Positions 37,319 through 45,915 of a stretch of DNA of 64,000 nucleotides are shown piece by piece. The notes under the pieces are model-generated. The model searched no databases. It had not been told where the DNA came from and worked only from the letters and a program-made list of their open reading frames with translations. This stretch comes from a bacterium (lineage in GTDB: Bacteria; Bacillota; Sulfobacillia; UBA995). Within the stretch, counting starts at the first letter, position 1, and every line of letters starts with the position of its first letter. The translations under genes were made by a program, and so were the position numbers. The stretch covers positions 8,818 to 72,817 of the forward strand of contig JAVHLP010000008.1 of the NCBI GenBank assembly GCA_031082145.1. The letters are read 5' to 3'.

Positions 37319-37987
37319 GTGATGGCGGTGAGCAGTGGCGAGGTCTTCCCCCGGGCCGGCACCGACGAGTCGGGCAAGGGCGACTACTTCGGGCCCCTGG
37401 TGGTCGCCGCAGTGGCGATCGACGAGCCGTCGGCGGAATCCCTCCGGCAGGCAGGAGTGCGGGATTCCAAGCGCCTCTCCGACCGCTCGGCCCGGGATCT
37501 GGCCGGCCGGATACGTAGTTCTTGCCCCAGCGAGGTCGTGGCCATCGGGCCGGTGAAGTACAACGAGCTGTACGAACGCCTGGGCAACCTCAACCGGCTG
37601 CTGGCGTGGGCCCACGCCCGGGCCATTGAGAACTTGCTGGCCAGGACCCAGTGCCACCTGGTGGTGACCGATCAGTTCGGGGATGAGCGCTACGTCCGGG
37701 CGGCCTTGATGGCCCGCGGCCGGCAGGTAGAGCTCAGGCAGTTCCCGGGAGCGGAGGCCGACCTGGCGGTGGCGGCCGCGTCGGTGGTCGCCCGGGCCGG
37801 TTTCCTGGACCGCCTGGAGAGGTTGGCCGGGCGGGCGGGAACGGTCCTGCCCAAAGGGGCCGGCCCCGCGGTGGAAGCCGCGGCCCTGCTAATAGCCAGG
37901 GAAAGAGGGCGCGAGGGGCTCGAACAAGTCGCGAAGCTCCACTTCCGCACGACAGTACGGATCCTGCGACGGGCCGGGATGGCCTAG
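37319..37987 (+). CDS. rnhC: RNase HIII-type ribonuclease H, catalytic domain only
   Basis: GTDESGKGDYFGPLVVAAV is the RNase HIII signature GSDESGKGDxFGP. The C-terminal LPKGAGPAVEAAALLIARE...KLHFRTT matches B. subtilis RnhC LPKGAGPHVDEAAAKLI...KLHFANT. No N-terminal TBP-like domain lies in frame. Confidence 0.7.
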   Translation: MMAVSSGEVFPRAGTDESGKGDYFGPLVVAAVAIDEPSAESLRQAGVRDSKRLSDRSARDLAGRIRSSCPSEVVAIGPVKYNELYERLGNLNRLLAWAHARAIENLLARTQCHLVVTDQFGDERYVRAALMARGRQVELRQFPGAEADLAVAAASVVARAGFLDRLERLAGRAGTVLPKGAGPAVEAAALLIARERGREGLEQVAKLHFRTTVRILRRAGMA

Positions 37988-38709
37988 CCTTCGACCCAGC
38001 AGAGTATGCGCCCGCAACTCTCGCACTTCACAAGCCGGCCTTGCCGTGCCTGGCCCAGGAGGACTGGGGGCACTGCCACCCGGCAGCCCTCGCAGATGCC
38101 CCGGGCCAGCCGTACCGCCGCCACACCCCCGCGGCGAGGGCGGATTCGCTCATACTCCGCCAGCAACGGGGGGGCGATCGAGCCGGCCAGGGCCTGGCGC
38201 CGCTCGGGGATGGTTTCCAGGGCCTCTTCGACGGCCGCCCGCCGCTCGGCGTTGGCCTGCTCCGCCAGTCGCAGGGCGGCGCGCTCCTCCTCCAGGGTCC
38301 GGTTCGCCTCCGCCAGAGCGGGCTTGAGCGTCTCCAGCTCTTCCATGGCCGTCAGGGCCTGGTCGTCCAGGGATCCAATGGTGCCGGCGACTGACTCCAG
38401 CTTCCGGCGCATCTGATCCAGTTCCTTGGGGTTGCCGATCTCGCCGCTGTACAACTTCCGGTCCAATTCGCCCTGCTTGCGTTTGAGTTCGGCCGCCTCT
38501 TTCTCGGCCCAACCGAGTTCGCGGGTGAGTACGACCTGTCGCTCAAGGAGCTGTCTCACTCTCTCCTGCCGGGACTCGACGCGGCGGCGGGGCTCGTCTA
38601 CTTCAGGAGCTTCCCGCAGGGACGCCAGCTCCCGCTCCAGGGCCGCCTGTTCCGAGTCCACTTCCTGCAGCCGCAGGAGAACGTCGCAGCCCCCGTTGCC
38701 TTGGGTCAA
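37984..38709 (-). CDS. COG1579-type zinc-ribbon / coiled-coil protein
   Basis: A long coiled-coil is followed by a C-terminal C4 ribbon (CEGCRVAVP...CESCGRILC). It is translationally coupled to the upstream Nif3 gene, the conserved yqfO-type gene pair. Confidence 0.6.
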   Translation of the reverse strand: MTQGNGGCDVLLRLQEVDSEQAALERELASLREAPEVDEPRRRVESRQERVRQLLERQVVLTRELGWAEKEAAELKRKQGELDRKLYSGEIGNPKELDQMRRKLESVAGTIGSLDDQALTAMEELETLKPALAEANRTLEEERAALRLAEQANAERRAAVEEALETIPERRQALAGSIAPPLLAEYERIRPRRGGVAAVRLARGICEGCRVAVPPVLLGQARQGRLVKCESCGRILCWVEG

Positions 38710-39821
38710 CAGCCTACCCCCCTCGTCACGAACAGCTTCGCCGGGGGAACCTCTTCTACCTCCAGCCTCCCGCCCAAGCGGCTGCGCAGGGCGGCGGCGA
38801 CCCGGGGGACAAAGCCGGCCTCGCTGGCGGCATGGCCCGGGTCCACCACGGACAGCCCCGCCTCGACGGCCGCGAGGGCCCGGTGATGGTCTACGTCCCC
38901 GGTCACCAGGACCTCGGCTCCCGCGGCCAGAGCCTCAGGCCAGAAGCGGCCGCCGGACCCGGGCACTGCGGCCACCCGGGTCAGACTGCCGGTCGACCCC
39001 GCCGCGACCCGAACCTCGGTTCCAAGAGCCTGGGCCACTGCCCCGGCGAAGGACTCCAGTGACCGGGGGCCACTGAGCCGGCCCAGCCGGCCCGGTCCAG
39101 CCCAGGGCGCGGGTGGGTTGGCCAGGGGATACAGATCGTAGGCGACCTCCTCGTAGGGATGCACCCGCAGCATGGCGCTGACAGCCCTGCCCGCCAGGTC
39201 CTCGGGCACAACGGTCTCCAGCCGGAGCTCGCGGGCGCGTTCCAACTCCCCCACCCTGCCGGCATAGGGCTGGGCGCCCTCTCGGGGCAGAAAAGTGCCG
39301 GTACCCGCCACTTGGAAGGTACAGTGGCTGTAGCGGCCGATGCAGCCCGCGCCGGCGGCCGCCCAGGCATCACGGATGGCCTCCTCGTGTCCCCGGGGCA
39401 CGAACACCACCAGTTTCAGTAAGTGGCGAGGGCGGCCGGGGCCCAACACCTCTACCTCTTCCAACCCCAGGGTCCCGGCCAGCCAGTCGGCCAGGCCGCC
39501 GCGAGCCACGTCATAGTTGGTGTGGCAAGCGAACACGGCCGCGCCCGTGCGGGCCAGAGCGGCGATCGCCCGGCCGGGAGGAGAATCCGCCCGCAAGGAG
39601 GCAAGCGGCCGGTAGATCGGGGGATGATGGACCACCAGGAGCACGCCTTCCGCAGCCCGGTCAAGCACCCGGCGGTCGACCTCCAGGGCCACCACAAGCC
39701 GCAGGACCTCACCCTCGGGGTGGCCGAGCTGCAACCCCACGTTATCCTCCGGATCGGCCAGGGCCGGTGGGGCAAGTTCGTCCAGCACGGTGACGATCTC
39801 TCTCACCCGCATTCCTTCCAT
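38706..39821 (-). CDS. Nif3-family (YqfO/YbgI-like) dinuclear-metal-centre protein
   Basis: GGAGG precedes the ATG at 39821. The product has DNVGLQLG, LLVVHHP and FACHTNYD motifs and is about 372 aa. The listed ORF is over-extended upstream. Confidence 0.75.
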   Translation of the reverse strand: MEGMRVREIVTVLDELAPPALADPEDNVGLQLGHPEGEVLRLVVALEVDRRVLDRAAEGVLLVVHHPPIYRPLASLRADSPPGRAIAALARTGAAVFACHTNYDVARGGLADWLAGTLGLEEVEVLGPGRPRHLLKLVVFVPRGHEEAIRDAWAAAGAGCIGRYSHCTFQVAGTGTFLPREGAQPYAGRVGELERARELRLETVVPEDLAGRAVSAMLRVHPYEEVAYDLYPLANPPAPWAGPGRLGRLSGPRSLESFAGAVAQALGTEVRVAAGSTGSLTRVAAVPGSGGRFWPEALAAGAEVLVTGDVDHHRALAAVEAGLSVVDPGHAASEAGFVPRVAAALRSRLGGRLEVEEVPPAKLFVTRGVGC

Positions 39822-40016
39822 CTCTCCTCCAGCGGCCGGAGCAGCCGCACCTCCCGCCTGGCCAAGTCCATGGGCTCCACCTCCGGTGCGGGTAGCTTCG
39901 GCGGGGCGGAAAGGGCTTCCTCCGTCGCCTCTGTTGTGCCACTCGGGACTGACGGCTATCCCCACGGCAGGAATCGGAGCCGGGAGGACAAAGCATGCAG
40001 GCGGGAGGTGGAGTCC

Positions 40017-40688
40017 GTGGTTTCCTATAGCAGCGACGTCACTCCTTTCGCGCAGGCCCGGCAGCGTTACCTCGCCGCCCGGGGCAAGGCGGCGGTGAAA
40101 GCCCTGGCGGAGAACGCGTTCGATGCCCGCTTCCTGGCCACCGCCGAGCACGCCGTGGCTGCCGTGCTGGAGTTGATCCCCGCCGGCGCCCGAGTCGGGC
40201 TCGGCGGCAGCCTTACCCTGCGCCAGTTGGATCTACCGGCAGCGCTTGAGCGGCGGGGGGACCGGATCGTCCAGCATTGGCAGACCGGCCTTTCCTCGGA
40301 GGAGAGCTTGCGCCTCCGGCGCGAGCAGCTACTGGCCGACGTCTTCTTGACCAGTGCCAATGCCATCACCCTGGAGGGCGAACTGGTCAACGTGGACGCG
40401 GCGGGCAACCGGGTGGGCGCCATGATCTTCGGCCCTGGCAAGGTGATAGTGGTCGCCGGCGCTAACAAGGTGGTCAAGGATGTCCAGGAGGGGCTGGCCC
40501 GGACCCGCAACCTGGCCGCGCCCATAAACGCTTTGAGGCTGGGCGTGGCCACTCCCTGCGCGGAGCTTGGCTACTGCGTGGACTGCGCCCGGCCGGAACG
40601 GATCTGTCGCGTTGTCACCATAGTCGAGCGCCGTCCCACGCTCACCGACCTGACGGTCCTGGTGGTGGGGGAGGAGCTGGGTCTCTAG
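40017..40688 (+). CDS. LUD-domain (LutC/YkgG-like) protein
   Basis: The product is about 224 aa. GGSLTLRQL..ITLEGELVNVDAAGNRVGA..GPGKVIVVAGANKVV fits DUF162/LUD. The GTG start follows GGGAGG. Confidence 0.55.
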   Translation: MVSYSSDVTPFAQARQRYLAARGKAAVKALAENAFDARFLATAEHAVAAVLELIPAGARVGLGGSLTLRQLDLPAALERRGDRIVQHWQTGLSSEESLRLRREQLLADVFLTSANAITLEGELVNVDAAGNRVGAMIFGPGKVIVVAGANKVVKDVQEGLARTRNLAAPINALRLGVATPCAELGYCVDCARPERICRVVTIVERRPTLTDLTVLVVGEELGL

Positions 40689-40764
40689 GGCTGGCTGAAC
40701 CTGGCAGGGGGCTCTTGGCAGGACTGGCAGCTAGAGGGGTGAATCTCCCTTTCCCGAGGGGGAG

Positions 40765-42525
40765 ATGGACTCGCGCCGCACCGTCGCCCTGCTGGTTCTC
40801 TGCCTGGCGCTGACCCTTGCCTTGCGGGCAGCCGGTCCCGATGCTCATCCCCCGGCCTGCCCGGTGGCGGGCGGGGCGGCCGCTCCCGTCCCGCCGGATC
40901 CCCTCGAGCTGTATGCCCGGCTGGGACTGGCCGATCCCGCCGCCCCCGAGGACCGGGCCTGGCTGGAGGAGTTGGCGGGGGGACTGGACGGTCTGGCTTA
41001 CCATGCCTGCGTCCTTCTGGCCCGTTCGGGAGCAGAGGCCACTTACTTCCAACGCGCTCTGGACCTCCGCTACACTCCCGCGATCCAGCTTGAGTATGCT
41101 CGAGCCCTGGAGTCCGAGGGGCGGTCGGAGGAAGCCCTCATGGCCTGGCTGCGCATCCTGGCCCCGGGCGAGGCGCTTGAAGCCCTCCGCCGCCTGGAGC
41201 CGGATCCCGTGAAGCGGGCCGGCCACCTGAACCAGCGCCGGCTGGCGACGCAGGCCCTGGCAGAGTTGGGCGGCGAACAAGGGGCCACCGCGGCCCGCGA
41301 GCGAGCCCTGGCCCTGGCCCGGCTGGGCCGGCACGTCGAGGCTCTCCCCCACTTCCGGGCTTGGCTGGCGGGGAGCCCGGAGGACGCGGCGGTACTCCTC
41401 GCCCATGCCGCCTCCTTGGAGGCAGCAGGCCGCCTTACGGACGCCGCGAGGGAGTACCGGGCGTCAGGACCGGCGGGAGGCCTGGGGCTGGGGCGGATGC
41501 TGGAGCGCTCCGGGCGGCCGGCGGAAGCGGCCGAGGCCTACCTGTCCTCGTCCGATGTCAATGCCCACTGGCAGGCAGCCTTGATCCTGGAGCGCCGCGG
41601 GAGGGCAGCGGAAGCCCTCATCATCTACGGGGATCTGGCGTCCGGTAGCAGCCGGCTCGCTGGGGACGCCGCCTTCCGGGGAGTCGTGGTCGCCCGCCGT
41701 CTTGGGCAACCCGAAGGACCTTTTCGGGCGCTGATCGCCCCCACCTCGCACTGGGCCTGGCGGCTGGGATGGCGCGAGGACCCGGCCCCCCCGCCCCCGG
41801 TGGAGCCGGTGGAACCGGCCGCCCTGACCCTGGCCTCCCAGTTGGCGGCCGGCGCCCCGGGGCCGGGGACACCCCTGGAGTTAGCCCACCTGGAACTGGA
41901 GATAGCCCTGCCCCGGCTTGAAGACCCCGAAGCACTGGCCGTAGGCAACTGGTACCTGGAGAGGGGCGACTACCGCCGGGCCGCCCGGATCGGGATGGCC
42001 CTCCTTCCCCGCTTGCCGACCCGCGACGTGTACTTGCTGGCCTATCCCCTTGCCTACCGCGACCTGGTGGTGGACGCGGGGGTCGCCTTCGGCGTCGAGC
42101 CCTACCTGCTGTGGGCGGTCATGCGGGAGGAGAGCCACTACTCACCCTCCGCCCTCTCGGTAGCGGGAGCCCGGGGCCTCATGCAGGTTATGCCGGCTAC
42201 CGGGAGTTGGCTGGCGGGGCGGATGGGGATCGCCTACGTGGGGCCCGAGGATCTCTACCAGCCCGCCGTCAGCGTGCGCATGGGCGCCTGGTACCTTGGG
42301 TACCTCCTGAGCCGCTTCGAGGGGTCGCTAGATCTGACCCTGGCCGCTTACAACGGGGGGGAAGGCAGTGTGCTCGGCTGGCTCGAGAGCCCTCTCTACC
42401 GGGATCCCCACGATTTTCCGGCCGTCATCACCTTCACCGAGACGCGTGAGTACCTGACCAAGGTGCTGGACACGTTGCTCGTTTACCGGTGGCTATACCC
42501 GGAGCTCACTGGGCCAGCGAGTTGA
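40765..42525 (+). CDS. soluble lytic murein transglycosylase (Slt family 1) with N-terminal superhelical domain, secreted
   Basis: A signal peptide and a TPR-like alpha-superhelix precede the catalytic motifs MREESHYSPSALSVAGARGLMQVMP and AAYNGGEG. Confidence 0.8.
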   Translation: MDSRRTVALLVLCLALTLALRAAGPDAHPPACPVAGGAAAPVPPDPLELYARLGLADPAAPEDRAWLEELAGGLDGLAYHACVLLARSGAEATYFQRALDLRYTPAIQLEYARALESEGRSEEALMAWLRILAPGEALEALRRLEPDPVKRAGHLNQRRLATQALAELGGEQGATAARERALALARLGRHVEALPHFRAWLAGSPEDAAVLLAHAASLEAAGRLTDAAREYRASGPAGGLGLGRMLERSGRPAEAAEAYLSSSDVNAHWQAALILERRGRAAEALIIYGDLASGSSRLAGDAAFRGVVVARRLGQPEGPFRALIAPTSHWAWRLGWREDPAPPPPVEPVEPAALTLASQLAAGAPGPGTPLELAHLELEIALPRLEDPEALAVGNWYLERGDYRRAARIGMALLPRLPTRDVYLLAYPLAYRDLVVDAGVAFGVEPYLLWAVMREESHYSPSALSVAGARGLMQVMPATGSWLAGRMGIAYVGPEDLYQPAVSVRMGAWYLGYLLSRFEGSLDLTLAAYNGGEGSVLGWLESPLYRDPHDFPAVITFTETREYLTKVLDTLLVYRWLYPELTGPAS

Positions 42526-43651
42526 CCAAGGCTTCGAGGTCGCCTGGGGTATTGTAGAAGTGCGGCGAGACCCTCAGGCAAGGTCCCCGGGCGTCGACCA
42601 CGATGCCGTCCTCTAACAGCCGCTGGGCCAGGGCGGCGGGGCGGTCGGACTGGATGAAGACCGCCCCTCCCCTTTCGGCGCGATCCAGTGGCGACCGCAA
42701 GATCCAGCCCCGGTCCAGGCACTCCGCCGTCAAGTAGTCGGTCAGGTCGGCCACCCGGTCCCGGATGGCGGCGACCCCAGCTTCCAGGATGATCTCCAGC
42801 CCGGCGTGGGCCGCGTAGATGGAGCCCACCGCCGGTGATCCGGAGTGGAAGCGGGCGGCATCGGGGGCATAGTCCAACTCGGTTGAGAAGGCAAAGGGAT
42901 CCGCGTGGGCCAACCAGCCGGTCACGGTGGGGAACAGCGCCTGCACCAGATCTCGCCGCACGTACAGGAAGGCCGTTCCCGGGCCCCCGCAGAGCCACTT
43001 CAGGGAGCCGCCGACGGCGAAGTCTGCGCCCATGGCAATGAGATCCACCGGCACCACCCCGGCCGAGTGGTATACGTCCACGAGCAGGTAGGCCCCTCGG
43101 GCATGGGCCATGCGGGCCAGGGCGGAGATATCCTGCAGCCAATGGGACGAGTAGAGCACGTGGGAAACGGCTACCAGGGCCGTGCGGTCATCGATCAACT
43201 GCTCGTACTCCTCCAGCGGGATCCGCACGCCGTCGGGAGTGGCCGCCCGCACCAGTTGCACCGCCGGGGCCTTGGCTTGCCACTGGTAGAGCAGTGTCGG
43301 GAAATCGAGGTCGGAGCTGACCACCCGGGGCCGGGCCCGGTAGTCCAGGCAGGAGGCAATCGCCGACAGGGCCCCGGACACGCTGGGGACAATGGCGATC
43401 TCCGGCGGCGTGACGCCCAGAAGCTTGGCGTAGAACTCGCGGAGCCGGGTGAGCTTCTTCAGCCAGCGTTCCCAGGCGGCGGCGCCGTCCATAGCCCACT
43501 CGTCCAGAAAGGCCTGGACGGCGGCCATCCCGGCCCGCGGCAACGCCCCCAGCGAACAGCTGTTAAGGTACACCTTCCGCTCCAGGATAGGGAACTCACT
43601 CCGGTATGAGACCAACCGCTGCACCTGAACCGCCTCCCCCCGCACAGGCAA
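42506..43651 (-). CDS. class-V aminotransferase-fold PLP enzyme (kynureninase / cysteine-desulfurase-like)
   Basis: DFAVGGSLKWLCGGPG is a Lys-containing PLP motif resembling the kynureninase DFAxWCSYKYLNAG block. The product is 381 aa and its 3' end overlaps slt by 20 nt. Confidence 0.65.
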   Translation of the reverse strand: MPVRGEAVQVQRLVSYRSEFPILERKVYLNSCSLGALPRAGMAAVQAFLDEWAMDGAAAWERWLKKLTRLREFYAKLLGVTPPEIAIVPSVSGALSAIASCLDYRARPRVVSSDLDFPTLLYQWQAKAPAVQLVRAATPDGVRIPLEEYEQLIDDRTALVAVSHVLYSSHWLQDISALARMAHARGAYLLVDVYHSAGVVPVDLIAMGADFAVGGSLKWLCGGPGTAFLYVRRDLVQALFPTVTGWLAHADPFAFSTELDYAPDAARFHSGSPAVGSIYAAHAGLEIILEAGVAAIRDRVADLTDYLTAECLDRGWILRSPLDRAERGGAVFIQSDRPAALAQRLLEDGIVVDARGPCLRVSPHFYNTPGDLEALVNSLAQ

Positions 43652-43703
43652 CGGGGCCTGGAAGCCCTTCCAGGCCCCGGGGATCCCCGATCCCGCTCCC
43701 TAT

Positions 43704-44906
43704 TCAGCCCTTCCTGGCCTGCTTGACGGCCTCGGACAGCGCGGGGAGCACCTGGAAGAGATCACCCACCACGCCGTAGGTGCAGATCTTGAAGATGGGC
43801 GCATCGGGGTCCTTGTTGATGGCCACTATGATGTCGGACGAACTCATGCCGGCCAGGTGCTGGATGGCGCCCGAGATCCCGCAGGCCACGTACACCTTGG
43901 GGGATACCGTCTTCCCGGTCTGCCCCACCTGGTGGGAGTAAGGTATCCAGCCGGCGTCCACCGCGGCCCGGGACGCTCCGACGGCCGCTCCCATCGCCTT
44001 GGCCAGGTCGGACACGTACTTGAAGTTCTTGGGATCGCCCAGGCCACGGCCGCCCGAGACGATGATGTCCGCGTCCTCCAGGTTCACCGTCTCAACGTCC
44101 TCCCGGACGAACTCCAGGACCCGGGTGCGGAACACCATCCGGGAAGGATCCACCGTATGGCGGACCAGTTCGCCCGTCCGGCCGGGTTGGGGCTCCGCCT
44201 TCTTCATCACCCGGGGCCGCACGGTGGCCATCTGCGGCTTGCCGTGGCGGCAGTAGATGGTGGCCATGATGTTGCCGCCGAAGGCGGGCCGGGTCTGAAC
44301 CAGCAGGCGCTCCTCCTTCAGGATGTCCAGCCCGGTGCAGTCGGCAGTGAGACCGGTGCGCAGCCTGGCCGCAATCCGGGGAGCAAGTGAGCGTCCGGTT
44401 GACGTCGCCCCGAACAAGCAGACTTCAGGCCGGTAGCTGGCCACGAGTTCGACAAACACCTGGGTATAGGGATCGTCCCGGAAATCGGCCAACTGGGGGT
44501 GGTCGGCCAGGTACACGATGTCCGCCCCGTGCTCGAAGAGGACGCCAACCTTCTCCTCCAGGTCGCGCCCTATCGCCACCACCGCCAGCGGGTCACCCAG
44601 AGTGTCGGCCAGCTTGCGGCCTTCTCCCAGCAACTCATAGACGACGGTGGCGAACTCTGCCTCCCGTTGTTCCCCGAAGACCCAGACACCACGGGCTGGA
44701 GCTCCCGCCTGCTCGGGGCGCTTCTCCTCTTTCTCCAGCAGGATAGCCTCGTACGGGCACTCGCCGACACACGCCCCGCAGAAGTTGCAGCTATCGAGGT
44801 CTATGACGGCCAGGCCGGCTTCCATGCGGATGGCGCCGAAGGGACACGCCGCGACGCAAGCTTCACAGCCCAGGCAATCATCTTGGTTGACCCGTATCTC
44901 AGCCAC
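43704..44906 (-). CDS. etfA: electron-transfer flavoprotein alpha subunit with N-terminal 2x[4Fe-4S] ferredoxin domain (FixB-type)
   Basis: [12 protein letters not shown] and [12 protein letters not shown] are followed by the ETF alpha FAD-binding region ([15 protein letters not shown]). Confidence 0.85.
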   Translation of the reverse strand: MAEIRVNQDDCLGCEACVAACPFGAIRMEAGLAVIDLDSCNFCGACVGECPYEAILLEKEEKRPEQAGAPARGVWVFGEQREAEFATVVYELLGEGRKLADTLGDPLAVVAIGRDLEEKVGVLFEHGADIVYLADHPQLADFRDDPYTQVFVELVASYRPEVCLFGATSTGRSLAPRIAARLRTGLTADCTGLDILKEERLLVQTRPAFGGNIMATIYCRHGKPQMATVRPRVMKKAEPQPGRTGELVRHTVDPSRMVFRTRVLEFVREDVETVNLEDADIIVSGGRGLGDPKNFKYVSDLAKAMGAAVGASRAAVDAGWIPYSHQVGQTGKTVSPKVYVACGISGAIQHLAGMSSSDIIVAINKDPDAPIFKICTYGVVGDLFQVLPALSEAVKQARKG

Positions 44907-44920
44907 CGGCGTCCCCTCCC

Positions 44921-45715
44921 TCAGAGCACTCCGGCTCGCAAGAGCCGGTCCACCAAGGCATCCACCTGTTCGGCAACCTCACCGGACAAGATCTCCCCGC
45001 CGGCCCTCACCTCCGGGGTGAACACGCGGATGACCTCGGTGGGCGATCCGGTCAGGCCAATGCGGTCGGGGTCGACGTTGAGATCGGCGGCGGTCCAGAC
45101 GGTTATCTCCTGCCGCCTGGCCCGCATCAGACCTTTCATGGATGGCAGCCGCGGCTCGTTGATCTCCTTGACCACGGTGATCAGGACCGGCAAGGTGGTC
45201 TCCACGACCTCGTAGCCACCCTCGACCATGCGTTCCACGCGGATGTGGCCGGGGCCCAACTCCGCGACCTTGCGCACGTACGTGATGTGGGGAATATCCA
45301 GCTGCTCGGCGATGCCGGGACCGACCTGGGCGGTGTCGCCGTCGATCGCCTGCTTGCCGCAGATGATCAGGTCCACCTCGCCGATCTTGCGGATCCCCTC
45401 GGCCAGGGTGTACGACGTGGCCAGGGTGTCCGAACCGGCGAAAGCTCTATCGGAGAGCAAGATCGCATCGTCCGCCCCCATGGCGATGGCCTCCTTGAGC
45501 GCCTCCTTGACCTGGGGCGGGCCCATACTGAGGATGGTTACCTTGCCCTCCAGCCGTTCCTTGATGCGGATGCCTTCCTCGATGGCGTAGGCGTCAAACG
45601 GGTTGATGATGCTGGGTACTCCCTCGCGAATCAGGGTCTTGGTCTCGGGATGGATCTTGACTTCGGTGGTATCGGGAACTTGCTTCATGCACACGACGAC
45701 GTTGAGTCCAGCCAA
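44921..45715 (-). CDS. etfB: electron-transfer flavoprotein beta subunit (FixA-type)
   Basis: NVVVCMKQVPDT..INPFDAYAIEEGIRIKE..LSMGPPQ. Confidence 0.85.
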   Translation of the reverse strand: MAGLNVVVCMKQVPDTTEVKIHPETKTLIREGVPSIINPFDAYAIEEGIRIKERLEGKVTILSMGPPQVKEALKEAIAMGADDAILLSDRAFAGSDTLATSYTLAEGIRKIGEVDLIICGKQAIDGDTAQVGPGIAEQLDIPHITYVRKVAELGPGHIRVERMVEGGYEVVETTLPVLITVVKEINEPRLPSMKGLMRARRQEITVWTAADLNVDPDRIGLTGSPTEVIRVFTPEVRAGGEILSGEVAEQVDALVDRLLRAGVL

Positions 45716-45915
45716 TACGCGCCCTCCTCAACCGGCATGGTCCACCCCGCGGCGCCTTGACCCGCGGAGGTCTTGCGGGATCTCGCTGGACCGGCACCTG
45801 TACTTTCAACGACCAGGCGTCTACTCCTCCTTCAGTGCCGGCAACCGCGCTGCACCATGCGCCCCGGCTTTACATAAACATGAAGAAAGCTCCCGCCACG
45901 TCTGGGGGAAGGGAT

